From contig JAHQWK010000015.1 of assembly GCA_029856145.1 (NCBI GenBank), forward strand, positions 1 to 33,044: a stretch of 33,044 bases of DNA. Reading direction: 5' to 3'. The notes beneath the pieces are model-generated. The model searched no databases and was not told where the DNA came from. It saw only the letters and a list, made by a program, of their open reading frames with translations. Numbering within the stretch: position 1 is the first letter of the stretch; every line of letters begins with the position of its first letter. The stretch is from Promethearchaeia archaeon. Lineage in GTDB: Archaea > Asgardarchaeota > Lokiarchaeia > Sigyniarchaeales > SOKP01. Below, piece by piece: positions 9,440 to 18,879 of the stretch. A program made the position numbers and the translations under genes.

Positions 9440-10477
9440 TTGAAATTTATGGTAGAGCCAAAAGATATCGATTTCTATTCTTTGGGTTTCAATTTTATTG
9501 AAACAAAAACAATGTTTATGGCAACACATAAGAATGGTAAGTGGGACGACGGAAAATTAATACCCTTTGGAAAATTTGAAATTTCGCCTGCATCTTGTGT
9601 ATTAAACTATGGTCAAGGTATTTTTGAAGGAATGAAAGCCTTAAGGGCAAAAAATGGAGAAATTACATTATTTCAACCAGAAGAAAATGCGAAGAGATTT
9701 AATTTTAGTGCTCGAAGGATGTTAATGCCCGAATATGATGTCAATAAATTTGTTGATGCTGTGAAGAGCGTTTTAAAGGAAAATAAAGAATATATTCCCC
9801 CTTATGATAGTGGAGGAGCTTTATATATTCGGCCCATTTTATTTGGGTATGGACCAATTCTGGGAGTACATTCAGCAGAAGAATTTAAATTGATTATTTT
9901 TACAGTTCCCGTTGGACCTTACTTTCCAGAAGGCTTTAAAGGAATTAATTTGGAAATATCAAAAAAATATACGAGAGCCGCTCCGGGAGGGACTGGTTCA
10001 GCAAAAACAATATGTAATTATGCTGGGACAATGTTACCCGCAAAAGAATCAAAGGCAAGAGGATTTGCCCAAATTCTTTATTTAGATGCGGTTCATCTGG
10101 AATATATCGAAGAAGTTGGAGCTGCAAATTTTTTCGCAATGGTTAATGGTAAATTAGTAACTCCAAGAAAAACAGGAACAATTTTAGAAGGAATCACAAG
10201 AGAATCTATTTTAGATCTTGCATCAAAAAAGCTAGGATTAGAGGTTGAAGAAAGAGATATCTCTTATAAAGAATTATATGAGGAATCATGTACAGAAACA
10301 TTCTGTAGTGGTACTGCTGCAGTTATAACACCAATTGCCTCAGTTACTTTAGAAGGGAAATTGAGAATATTTAATAACCGACAACCTGGTGAAATAACAA
10401 GTAAACTCTATGAATTATTAACAGGGATTCAAAGGTTAGATATAGAAGACGAATTTGGATGGATCGTTAAAGTGTAA
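9440..10477 (+). CDS. ilvE: Branched-chain amino acid aminotransferase (fold type IV)
   Basis: YGQGIFEGMKA, LYIRP, RAAPGGTGSAK..NYA, EEVGAANFF, ILEGITR and GTAAVITP. TTG start. Confidence 0.95.
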   Translation: MKFMVEPKDIDFYSLGFNFIETKTMFMATHKNGKWDDGKLIPFGKFEISPASCVLNYGQGIFEGMKALRAKNGEITLFQPEENAKRFNFSARRMLMPEYDVNKFVDAVKSVLKENKEYIPPYDSGGALYIRPILFGYGPILGVHSAEEFKLIIFTVPVGPYFPEGFKGINLEISKKYTRAAPGGTGSAKTICNYAGTMLPAKESKARGFAQILYLDAVHLEYIEEVGAANFFAMVNGKLVTPRKTGTILEGITRESILDLASKKLGLEVEERDISYKELYEESCTETFCSGTAAVITPIASVTLEGKLRIFNNRQPGEITSKLYELLTGIQRLDIEDEFGWIVKV

Positions 10478-10499
10478 GTTTTTTTTATTCTTAAATCAT

Positions 10500-11009
10500 T
10501 TAATTTGGAATTTTTTTTAATAAAGAATCAAAAGCATTCTTAACATTATATCCTGTCTTTGATGATATTTTTAAATAGCCAACTATATTATTGTATTTTC
10601 CTACAATTTCTGAAATATACTCATCAAAAACTTTACAATCATCAAGATCGATTGTATCACATTTAGTTCCCAAAATAAAAGCAGAAATATTTCCATATTG
10701 ATTTAATTTTTGCATCCATTCTTCTACACTTTCAAGCGTGCTTATACGTGATAAATCAAATAAAACGAATGCGGCAATAGACCCATCGACAAAATTGGTT
10801 AATAATTGTTTAAATTGATATTGACCAGCAAAATCCCACATCACAAAATTATATTCATGTCCATTTATTGAGAGAGTTTTAGAAAAAAATTCAACACCTT
10901 TAGTTAATTCATTGTTATTATTGAATTTATCATGAATTAATCGATTGAGAAATGAAGTTTTCCCAACACCACCGTCCCCAGAAACAATAAGTTTCACTGT
11001 TTTTTTCAT
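10500..11009 (-). CDS. Rab/Ras-like small GTPase
   Basis: GDGGVGKTS, TKGVEF, WDFAGQ, variant G4 TKCD and G5 SSKTG. Confidence 0.9.
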   Translation of the reverse strand: MKKTVKLIVSGDGGVGKTSFLNRLIHDKFNNNNELTKGVEFFSKTLSINGHEYNFVMWDFAGQYQFKQLLTNFVDGSIAAFVLFDLSRISTLESVEEWMQKLNQYGNISAFILGTKCDTIDLDDCKVFDEYISEIVGKYNNIVGYLKISSKTGYNVKNAFDSLLKKIPN

Positions 11010-11186
11010 TTTAATAATTTCTATATTTTTTTAATTTAAAAAAGTACGATAAATTATGATTTGCTTAATAATTGAACATAAAAAAATTTTGGTAATCACT
11101 CATTATTGTACTTACTTAAATGTAAAATGTAATCCTAAAAAAAATCAGAGAAAATAAGAACAAAATATTTATGGAGTTTAACTGAT

Positions 11187-11579
11187 TCACTGTTTTCTAA
11201 GAAGTAGTGAGCTCCCTGTACAGATAAGTTCTCCATTTTTATTCCACATTTTTGCTTTACAAAAGAAGATAGTTTTTCCACTCTTTAAACCTTTAACTTT
11301 TGCCTTCAAACGTCCCTTAGAAACAAGTTTTAAAAATTCAATTTGTAAATCAATCGTGGTGATTTATTCATTTGGCAAGATGAGAGAAAGTGCTGCACAT
11401 GCACAGTTAGAGTCGACAAGGGAGGCTAAAACACCACCATGAATCATTCCATTTTAGGTTAGTTCTTCTCTTATTTCAATTTCGAAAATAGCTTTTCCAT
11501 CAGAGATTTTTTGTAGTTAAAAACCTAAAGTTGAATAGAAAGGGATTATATCATAAAGCAGTTTTATTAAATCATTCAT
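11187..11579 (-). pseudogene. PaaI-family (hotdog-fold) thioesterase interrupted by three in-frame TAA codons
   Basis: Manual translation: MNDLIKLLYDIIPFYSTLGF*LQKISDGKAIFEIEIREELT*NGMIHGGVLASLVDSNCACAALSLILPNE*ITTIDLQIEFLKLVSKGRLKAKVKGLKSGKTIFFCKAKMWNKNGELICTGSSLLLRKQ*. Contains the HGG-x6-D motif. Absent from the ORF track. Confidence 0.88.
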
Positions 11580-11679
11580 AATAATTATCTTACGATTTTA
11601 AAATTTAATTGTATCTATTAACAGAAAATCTATTGTTTTTAAAGACAAAAAAATAAATCAGAAGAATTACCAATAATTC

Positions 11680-12567
11680 TTGATGCTAAAATATTCAATC
11701 AACAAGTTCCTCGACCTTAGATTCGAAGATGGTAAAACTAACATATATGTAAATAATGAATTAATTAGACATTGCAAATATATCTTGTTGAATATTTCTA
11801 GTGATAATTCCGAAGATTTAACAGATATTAATTCAATAGATGACGCCGTAGAAAGATTAGATGGATCCTTTGAATTTTCAGGAGATAAAAGAGGTAAAAT
11901 TTCTCCAGAAATGTTGTTTTGGGCTCATTGTTCAAATCTTCAAGCATGGTATGAAAATAATTATAATACTTGTCTAATTCATAGTAATTTGGCATTTCCA
12001 CTTCTTAAAGAACTTACTAAAGCAGGAGATCTGATCGCAAGGAAAATTTTTAAAGAAGAAGTAGCAAAGAGATTTGAAAGTAATAACTTTAGCGTTATAC
12101 AATTTTTACTTTATAATGGATATTTAAATTATCTAAATAAAGAGGAAATAGAAATTGTCATAGAGCAAATAAAGGTTAATTTATCTGAGATTATTATTAA
12201 CCAGTTAAAGAAATTAATGAAATCACCGATTACTAACTATCGCCAAATGAAAGATTTGATTGACATATTGCTTTTCATTGACTTAAAATATAATGAAAAC
12301 CTAATTTTTTGCATCTTTAATGAACTAAATGAGATAATGAGAATTCAATTTGCACGTTTTTTGATATTCCATTTAAATTATAAAGAGTTTAACAATTATA
12401 AAATCCCTTATGGGAAATTTTTCATTTATTTTGAGAAATTTCTTGATTATTTTTATGAGAACTACCCAGAAATTAAAGATTTGTTAAAAATTATCGACTC
12501 TGGTTTTCTAAGTGGTTCTTTATCTTTAGATGAGGAATTTTCCTATGGTGCTCAATCTTATCCGTGA
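11680..12567 (+). CDS. Hypothetical protein with the Lokiarchaeal domain usually found N-terminal to leucine-rich repeats (no LRRs here)
   Basis: KTNIYVN..CKYILLNI..SIDDA..FWAHCSNLQAWYENNY..HSNLAFPLLKELTKAGD, recalled as an expanded Loki family; not searched. Confidence 0.7.
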   Translation: MMLKYSINKFLDLRFEDGKTNIYVNNELIRHCKYILLNISSDNSEDLTDINSIDDAVERLDGSFEFSGDKRGKISPEMLFWAHCSNLQAWYENNYNTCLIHSNLAFPLLKELTKAGDLIARKIFKEEVAKRFESNNFSVIQFLLYNGYLNYLNKEEIEIVIEQIKVNLSEIIINQLKKLMKSPITNYRQMKDLIDILLFIDLKYNENLIFCIFNELNEIMRIQFARFLIFHLNYKEFNNYKIPYGKFFIYFEKFLDYFYENYPEIKDLLKIIDSGFLSGSLSLDEEFSYGAQSYP

Positions 12568-12598
12568 ACAATTTAAGGATTAAAATGGATTTATTATT

Positions 12599-13384
12599 TT
12601 ATTTTTCAATACTCTTTTCAAGGTAATAATAGCTGTAGGCTCTTTTGAACCCTAGATTGGAATATAAATTCATAGCTTCGTTATTTTCAGTTTCAACTTG
12701 TAGCCAAATTGTTTTAACTTCATTTGGGATGCCCCATTGATTAATAATAATAAATAACATTGAGGTAGCGATTTTTTGACGTCGAAAATCTGGATGTACT
12801 AACACATCAACGATATATAAAAAACCATGAGGATCTAAAATTCCTGTAAGAGTTCCTATAACTTTATTTTCATATTCTACTATTATAAAACGTTTTTGAG
12901 GAATAATTATTCTATTAGATAATGCCTCTAATATTTTCTGTGCCTCTTGATTTCTTTGAGAATAGTTTGCTAAAAATTTTGAATATTCATTTACTCGTTC
13001 TGAATGAAAAAGATATATAAATTCTTGATTTATCTCTTCATTTCTTAGTTTTTGTACAGAAGTTGTCATAGTATATGTAATACACCCTGATTGTTGATAT
13101 CCATGCTCTAGTAATTTAATATCTAAATTATTTGGTTCAAAATAGTTTGGAATAGTAAAGATTGCTGGTAATTTATAAGCATTATAAGCTTTTTCGACGA
13201 AATTAATATCCTGATCAAGAGTATCCAAATTTCCAGTATAATGTAAAGGAAAAACAGAATTTGCACGAGCCGTTATACCGTTAGTAAAGCGTAAAATCCA
13301 TCCGTTTAAAAAGTAATAATGGTGTGCTGGCCATGCATTCATCAATATTTCTTGTAAACGTGTTATATCCTCATTTTCAAACAT
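12599..13384 (-). CDS. GNAT-family N-acetyltransferase
   Basis: Acetyl-CoA motif VHPDFRRQKIA and LQVETENNEAMNLYSNLGF. N-terminal NAWPA/GWILR/RANSV pattern. Confidence 0.9.
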   Translation of the reverse strand: MFENEDITRLQEILMNAWPAHHYYFLNGWILRFTNGITARANSVFPLHYTGNLDTLDQDINFVEKAYNAYKLPAIFTIPNYFEPNNLDIKLLEHGYQQSGCITYTMTTSVQKLRNEEINQEFIYLFHSERVNEYSKFLANYSQRNQEAQKILEALSNRIIIPQKRFIIVEYENKVIGTLTGILDPHGFLYIVDVLVHPDFRRQKIATSMLFIIINQWGIPNEVKTIWLQVETENNEAMNLYSNLGFKRAYSYYYLEKSIEK

Positions 13385-13390
13385 CTACAT

Positions 13391-13558
13391 CTAATGGTTA
13401 TTAACTTTTGTTATATTTTTACTTTTCTTTCTTTTTTCTCTTTTTACTTTATTTTGGAGCAATTTAGTACCACAATATCTACATTTAAAATCATATTTTT
13501 CTAATTCTTTTCTACACTTAGGACAATATTTAGGGCCGGAAAGGCAATTATCTCTGAT
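13391..13558 (-). CDS. Putative 55-aa zinc-ribbon microprotein with a basic tail (no canonical start codon)
   Basis: Open frame (I)RDNCLSGPKYCPKCRKELEKYDFKCRYCGTKLLQNKVKREKRKKSKNITKVNNH*. AGGTG lies upstream of an ATC codon. The stop is 6 nt before the GNAT start. Confidence 0.5.
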   Translation of the reverse strand: MRDNCLSGPKYCPKCRKELEKYDFKCRYCGTKLLQNKVKREKRKKSKNITKVNNH

Positions 13559-13701
13559 TGGTTTACACCTTTCTTTGTTGTATTTTAATAATAAACAAAA
13601 TTTTTTTATATTTACCTATTTTGTATATTAACTTAATTCAGAAATTTAATCCGTATAAAATTGTGATAAGATATATAATTATTGACTTAGGTAATGTATT
13701 A

Positions 13702-14541
13702 TTAGATTGCTTTTCGATTTTTCTCAAACCACTCTATAGCAAAATCTACGATTCCTCGTTGTGATAATAGTCGAGTTTCTGCTAGCCCAACTTTACCTGG
13801 ATTATAATCGATTTTTGTTTCGAAATCCTTTCCCAATTGCTCAAAATCATCAATGTTAAGATCTAATTCTTTCCACTGTACCCAATTTCTTTCATTATCT
13901 ATTAGCATTGCAGATCCATTTAATTTATATTGTTTCCCAGGGTAATCACTTCGATATTCAGCAAGATGTAGAGAACTATTATTTTCATGGGATACTCCCA
14001 CTAATAAGATCTTTCCATTAAGTTCATAAATTCGAGCTAATGGAGAATCTTCACCTAAATCAGCAGTTAATTCATGGTTTTTGATAATAAATTCGGCATG
14101 TTTGCCCCACGCAGCAAAAGAGGACATTGGGTGATTACTACGAATAACATTAGGCCAATTTCTAAATGTATCTACAATTACTCCCATTCCTCGCGTAGGC
14201 GTTATTTCAGGATGATAAGCGGGCATTTCATTACGAATTGTATCCCACCAGCTTTCGGGTACAGGAGGATTTTCCCAAGAAGATGGATCGGTATTATCAC
14301 CTGAAAATGTGGGCATAATCAAAGTTCCTTCTGATGTAAGAATTTTCATTAATGCTTTTATAACTGCAACTGGACCCCCAACAGTCCAACCTATCTTACT
14401 TAATGAACCATGCATTATAATTACTAATCCAGGTTTAACTCCAAGCGATTCAAAATCATGTTTCAATGTGGTTATTGTATTAGGCTGTTGAGTAGATCTA
14501 ACAACGTCTTTCTCAGATTTTTTATTATTTTCAACTCCCAT
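13702..14541 (-). CDS. AAC(3)/YokD-family N-acetyltransferase
   Basis: HGSLSKIGW..GG, GTLIMPTFS, RSNHPMSSFAAWG, SPLARIY, LLVGV and SLHLAE. Confidence 0.92.
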   Translation of the reverse strand: MGVENNKKSEKDVVRSTQQPNTITTLKHDFESLGVKPGLVIIMHGSLSKIGWTVGGPVAVIKALMKILTSEGTLIMPTFSGDNTDPSSWENPPVPESWWDTIRNEMPAYHPEITPTRGMGVIVDTFRNWPNVIRSNHPMSSFAAWGKHAEFIIKNHELTADLGEDSPLARIYELNGKILLVGVSHENNSSLHLAEYRSDYPGKQYKLNGSAMLIDNERNWVQWKELDLNIDDFEQLGKDFETKIDYNPGKVGLAETRLLSQRGIVDFAIEWFEKNRKAI

Positions 14542-14660
14542 AAAGACATGGAATATTGGAAATTTAAAAAATTTTAAGTAGAATGTTCTTTAAATTTTCG
14601 ACAAAAATACTAAATTTATACTCTGTTTTTCTTTAAAAATGTACAATAATTGATAGATAT

Positions 14661-15371
14661 ATGGTTGATAATCATAGTTATAGTTTTTTTGGTCAAAAAG
14701 TAGGCTTGATTATTCAAAGTGCTCTAAAGAATGAACCATATATGTTTTTTAGATTAATAAAAAGCAAGAATGACGGATCTTGGGAAAAACCAAGTAGTGG
14801 AGAAGGTAAAGTAATTAAATTCTCATTAGAAGAAATAGTTTGTATCATTCGAGTGTTAAATAAAGAGATAAATTCATGGTCTAGTTATCATACTTTTAAG
14901 GATAGTAAAACTCAGATTTCATTTAAGTGGGAAAATGGGGAAAAGGGCAAATTATGGATTCATATTGGTTCTTATTCAAAGGTGCTTGAATACGCTCAAT
15001 TTACTATATTAGAAATGCTCATGAAGCATATCCTCAAAGAAAAAATTGAATTTGCTACTACTTCTTCTAGTTTCAAAAAAAAAAAGCATGATAAATTAAG
15101 TAATATCATCGTACAAGAGGAAGTTATTAGTGGTAAGAATGAAAACAATAATACTAATGAAGATGATAATGGAAAACCTAGAGAGGTAAAAAGTGTAATT
15201 GGATCTATAAAAAAAGAAACTATTAAAGCCTTACTCATTCAATTTGATAATGGTGCAGAAATTTGGATACCTAAATCAAAAATTCATTCTGGCTTCGACA
15301 ATACCAAGAATTTAGTACAAAATTTCAGCATAGATAGCTGGATCCTAAGCAAAAATAAATTTATTTCTTAA
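14661..15371 (+). CDS. Two-domain hypothetical protein, possibly nucleic-acid binding
   Basis: 236-aa ORF with a beta-rich N-domain, a low-complexity linker and a C-domain KALLI..WIPKS..IDSWIL. Confidence 0.75.
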   Translation: MVDNHSYSFFGQKVGLIIQSALKNEPYMFFRLIKSKNDGSWEKPSSGEGKVIKFSLEEIVCIIRVLNKEINSWSSYHTFKDSKTQISFKWENGEKGKLWIHIGSYSKVLEYAQFTILEMLMKHILKEKIEFATTSSSFKKKKHDKLSNIIVQEEVISGKNENNNTNEDDNGKPREVKSVIGSIKKETIKALLIQFDNGAEIWIPKSKIHSGFDNTKNLVQNFSIDSWILSKNKFIS

Positions 15372-15378
15372 GTACATC

Positions 15379-15513
15379 ATGCCCGAATCTAATCAATTAA
15401 CTAAAGATAAGTATAGAATTATAATTTATCATGGACATATTCATCTATTATCAATATACGAAGAGATTGAAGATAATGATAATGTTAAGGAGATCCAGAA
15501 TCCTGATTTCTAA
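15379..15513 (+). CDS. Putative 44-aa microprotein
   Basis: MPESNQLTKDKYRIIIYHGHIHLLSIYEEIEDNDNVKEIQNPDF*. The ATG is 7 nt after the upstream stop on the same strand. Confidence 0.4.
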   Translation: MPESNQLTKDKYRIIIYHGHIHLLSIYEEIEDNDNVKEIQNPDF

Positions 15514-15601
15514 CTAATTATTTTATTGATAAGAGAAAATTTTTGATAAATTCAATTAATGTAAACTTTTAAAAATTAATTGAGTATTTTAACATGTAAT
15601 A

Positions 15602-16777
15602 ATGTATGATGTGATAATATCAGGTGCGGGACCCTCAGGATCAAAATGTGCTGAAGTTTTAGCTAAAAAGGGATTTAAAATTGCCCTATTAGAAAAAGAC
15701 ATAAATTGGCGAAAACCATGTGGTGGAGGAGTCCATCATAGAGCTTTTTATTTAATTCCAAAACTAAGAAAATTAAATATTCCAAAAATTCATGGCATTG
15801 TAATGCATTCAGCAGATTACCATAAATTAGAATATAGGATGAAAGGTCAAAAATATGGTACTGTAATGGATCGATTGGAATTTGATAATCTAATGAGAAA
15901 TACTGCAATTGATGAGGGAGCTGAACTTTTTAATAAAAATTTATCTCTTGATTTTATAGTTAAAAATAAAGTAAAAATTGGGATAAGAACAAAAAGCTCT
16001 TCAGGAACCAAGGAATATTATGGAAAAATCTTGATCATTGCTGATGGAATGAGTTCTAAATTAGCGCCAAAGTCAGGACTAAGATCAAAATGGAAAACTG
16101 AAGAACTCGGAATTGCAAAATGTGCGATAATGGAGGGTGATAATCAGTTAGATGAGGAATTTATTTATACATATTTCAGGCCTTATAAAGGATATGGATG
16201 GATCTTTCCATTAGGAAATAAGAAGTTCAATATTGGAGTGACAACATTTGCAGAAGATAATACCAACTACAATTTATTCTCACTTTATAATCAATTTCTT
16301 AAAGATTCACACATAAAAAAATATATTTCAAATTCAAATTATAAAATCATTTGGACTGGAGCGTTTCCTTTTCCTGCTGAAGGAGTATTGGAGAAAAGTT
16401 TATATGATGATAATTTATTGTTAATAGGAGATACTGGGGGTTTTGTTTCTCCTATAAGTGGTGAAGGAATTCATACATCAATAATATCTGGCAATACAGC
16501 AGCAGAAGTGGCGATTAAAGCTTTACAAGAAGAGGATTATTCCAAAACATTTTTAAAAAAATACAAATCTCATCCAGAAATTAGGAAAATGATTAGAAAC
16601 TTTAAACTAAAACGTTCAATGATTAAATTTTTTTATGAGAAAAGGGGAGAGAACCTAAATAAACTATTAGCATTAGCAGAGAAAGATCCAGAATTTAAAA
16701 ACCATGTTGTAGATATGTTTTTATCAAAATCATTACCATCCCAGGACTTTATCTCAAAATTAAAAACTGTAAATTAA
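15602..16777 (+). CDS. Geranylgeranyl reductase-family FAD-dependent oxidoreductase
   Basis: GAGPSGS Rossmann motif, KPCGGG, DRLEFD, IADG, GYGWIFP and GDTGGFVSPISGEGI. Confidence 0.92.
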   Translation: MYDVIISGAGPSGSKCAEVLAKKGFKIALLEKDINWRKPCGGGVHHRAFYLIPKLRKLNIPKIHGIVMHSADYHKLEYRMKGQKYGTVMDRLEFDNLMRNTAIDEGAELFNKNLSLDFIVKNKVKIGIRTKSSSGTKEYYGKILIIADGMSSKLAPKSGLRSKWKTEELGIAKCAIMEGDNQLDEEFIYTYFRPYKGYGWIFPLGNKKFNIGVTTFAEDNTNYNLFSLYNQFLKDSHIKKYISNSNYKIIWTGAFPFPAEGVLEKSLYDDNLLLIGDTGGFVSPISGEGIHTSIISGNTAAEVAIKALQEEDYSKTFLKKYKSHPEIRKMIRNFKLKRSMIKFFYEKRGENLNKLLALAEKDPEFKNHVVDMFLSKSLPSQDFISKLKTVN

Positions 16778-16851
16778 TGTAATAATAGCTTTAAATCTTA
16801 ACTTTCAAATTAAAAACTATTATTCTGGAGCGATTTAATTAACATTTATGT

Positions 16852-17058
16852 TCACAAACTCTTGCTATAACAATATTTCTGGTGATTATTTATGCAGCAA
16901 TTACAAAATGTTTCTCCACATAAAACGCAGACGATTTCTTCATTACTGAGTATATTCAATTCTTTCTCACAACGATTACAATGCCGATATCTCTTAGCAA
17001 AATAAGATCTATAATTTTGATATTTTCTCTTTTTTAATTTAAGCATTAATTCTAACAT
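16852..17058 (-). CDS. Small Cys/His-rich zinc-finger protein
   Basis: CNRC-x13-CVLC-x4-CNCC-x3-H-x3-C. Confidence 0.7.
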   Translation of the reverse strand: MLELMLKLKKRKYQNYRSYFAKRYRHCNRCEKELNILSNEEIVCVLCGETFCNCCINNHQKYCYSKSL

Positions 17059-17293
17059 CTCTAAAAATTAAATGATTTCTATGCTATATTTCAAAAGAGA
17101 CCTTTTTAAACTTATAAAAAAAATAAGAGTTCGCTTTTTTGAAATAAAAATGTGCAAGAATAAAATTAAAAATCGATATCGCTACCAAACCAATAACGCT
17201 TTCTAGTTTTTACCCAGTTTTATCTTCCATAAAGCATCCTTATGAAATACCTATCTTTAAAGTATATGCTCTTTACTCAGCATAACTCTTATA

Positions 17294-17587
17294 TTATTTC
17301 AAATCCTCAACTAAATCAAGAAAATCTGCATAAGGAATGGCAGTCCAGCTTTCAGCAAAAGCCGCTCCAGCAGAGCGAGAAAGCAACGAAACTTTAGCAG
17401 CTTCTTGTTCATTTTTCACTTCAAAAATGTCAAGAAAGTCGTAAGGGCCTAGTATGGCATAATGTGCGATCCATTTAATATCTGGGACTTTTTCTCTAAC
17501 TAAATTCAGGAATTTTGCTCCTTGTTCTTTTCTTTTCTGCACTAGATCAGGATTTTGAAGTTTAGTTGCAAGTATATATATTGGCAT
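17294..17587 (-). CDS. GYD-domain protein
   Basis: YAILGPYDFLDIFE motif, 97 aa. Confidence 0.85.
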   Translation of the reverse strand: MPIYILATKLQNPDLVQKRKEQGAKFLNLVREKVPDIKWIAHYAILGPYDFLDIFEVKNEQEAAKVSLLSRSAGAAFAESWTAIPYADFLDLVEDLK

Positions 17588-17702
17588 AAAGAAAAATAGA
17601 ATAGATGAAAATATAAATCTTATTGAAGTAATTCCTCAGTATAATGTTAGAAGAATTAGTATAAAATAATTGAACGAGAAAAATTAACAAGGTCTATTAA
17701 TT

Positions 17703-17843
17703 TTAGACAATAATTCTGCCTTTAAAATTATTGTGTTCCTTCAGATCTTCACAAACTTCTATTAAATGGTCATATAAGATCTCTCTTGTCCATTTAGGCA
17801 ACTCAATATCTACTTTTTTAAGTTTTTCTGCTAATTTTTTCAT
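17703..17843 (-). CDS. Putative 46-aa microprotein
   Basis: MKKLAEKLKKVDIELPKWTREILYDHLIEVCEDLKEHNNFKGRIIV*. AGGT motifs lie upstream. It fills an otherwise empty gap and is co-oriented with its neighbours. Confidence 0.5.
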   Translation of the reverse strand: MKKLAEKLKKVDIELPKWTREILYDHLIEVCEDLKEHNNFKGRIIV

Positions 17844-18034
17844 ATACCTAACCTTATAGGTAAATCAATTTCAACGTGTTTAATTAAAAATTCTAAACTA
17901 ATCCTCAAATTAATTGATTCAAATAAAATTTAATTAAAAAATGAAATGTGAGTATTATTGCGATGACAAATCTCACAATAATAAAAGTTATATGGAGGTT
18001 ATAAAATAATTTTTGAAATAATAAAATGATTCGA

Positions 18035-18769
18035 CTAAAGCAAAAAAGCTTTAAATATTGCAACTATCCCGATATCAACAATAATTATTGCAATAATTTC
18101 AAGCAAACCTGATCCAAAGGGGCCTCCAATTAAGCCTCCAATTAAATTGATAAGAAGCGTCACAACAGCAAAAATGATTCCAATAAAAAACCATTTTACT
18201 TTCTTTTTCGTTTCTTCCTCGATTTTTCTCGTCATCATAGCATATTTGTATATGACATAAATGGATAACCCAGTCCTGAGAAGATTCACAAAAATAAACC
18301 AAGGAGGTGGGGTATCAGTGTTAACATAACCTTGAATCCAATCACCCTCATTTAAACTTGGTGTCCAAATAGGAATAAAATATCCGAAACTCATTATAAT
18401 AAATATTCCTATCATTGTTCCAAAGTATTTAAGACTCATTGCAACCTTTTTATATTTTTCTAAGATAAAAACGGTCATCACCAAGGATATAAAGATAAAA
18501 TTGAAACAGATCTGGGTGGTTATCATGAGGGGAATAATAAGATCCTTGGATATTCCGGATTCCGGGGTTATTAAATGGTAAATTGTATAAGTTAAAAATC
18601 CTATTGAAGAAGAGATAAAAAATAAAGTAAACCATCTATTCAACATTTCACCTGGATTTAAACGCAATACTCGAAATCCTAGTGTAAAAGCAACTATTAC
18701 TGTAATTATTGCTGTAATTATTTTTATTAAGTTAAAAGGATCCATATAATATTTTACACCTATTATCAT
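18035..18769 (-). CDS. Seven-transmembrane protein with no cytoplasmic output domain
   Basis: Seven hydrophobic segments counted by eye; resembles the 7TM sensor modules of histidine kinases. The start may be the ATG at 18745. Confidence 0.75.
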   Translation of the reverse strand: MIIGVKYYMDPFNLIKIITAIITVIVAFTLGFRVLRLNPGEMLNRWFTLFFISSSIGFLTYTIYHLITPESGISKDLIIPLMITTQICFNFIFISLVMTVFILEKYKKVAMSLKYFGTMIGIFIIMSFGYFIPIWTPSLNEGDWIQGYVNTDTPPPWFIFVNLLRTGLSIYVIYKYAMMTRKIEEETKKKVKWFFIGIIFAVVTLLINLIGGLIGGPFGSGLLEIIAIIIVDIGIVAIFKAFLL

Positions 18770-18879
18770 TTAAAATAATTTTCTAAAATAAATTGAAGAC
18801 AAATTAAAATTAAATTTGTACTCTCTCAATATCACAAATTCTTTATACATTAAGATAAAAAAAGTGAGATTTATCATCT

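Noticed and set aside
13702-14541. Calling the AAC(3)-family gene an aminoglycoside-resistance determinant
   Set aside because: YokD-like members are widespread chromosomal enzymes with unclear substrates, and there is no mobile context.
17084-17230. Minus-strand micro-ORF MEDKTG*KLESVIGLVAISIF... with an internal TAA
   Set aside because: Too short and featureless to distinguish from random AT-rich sequence.
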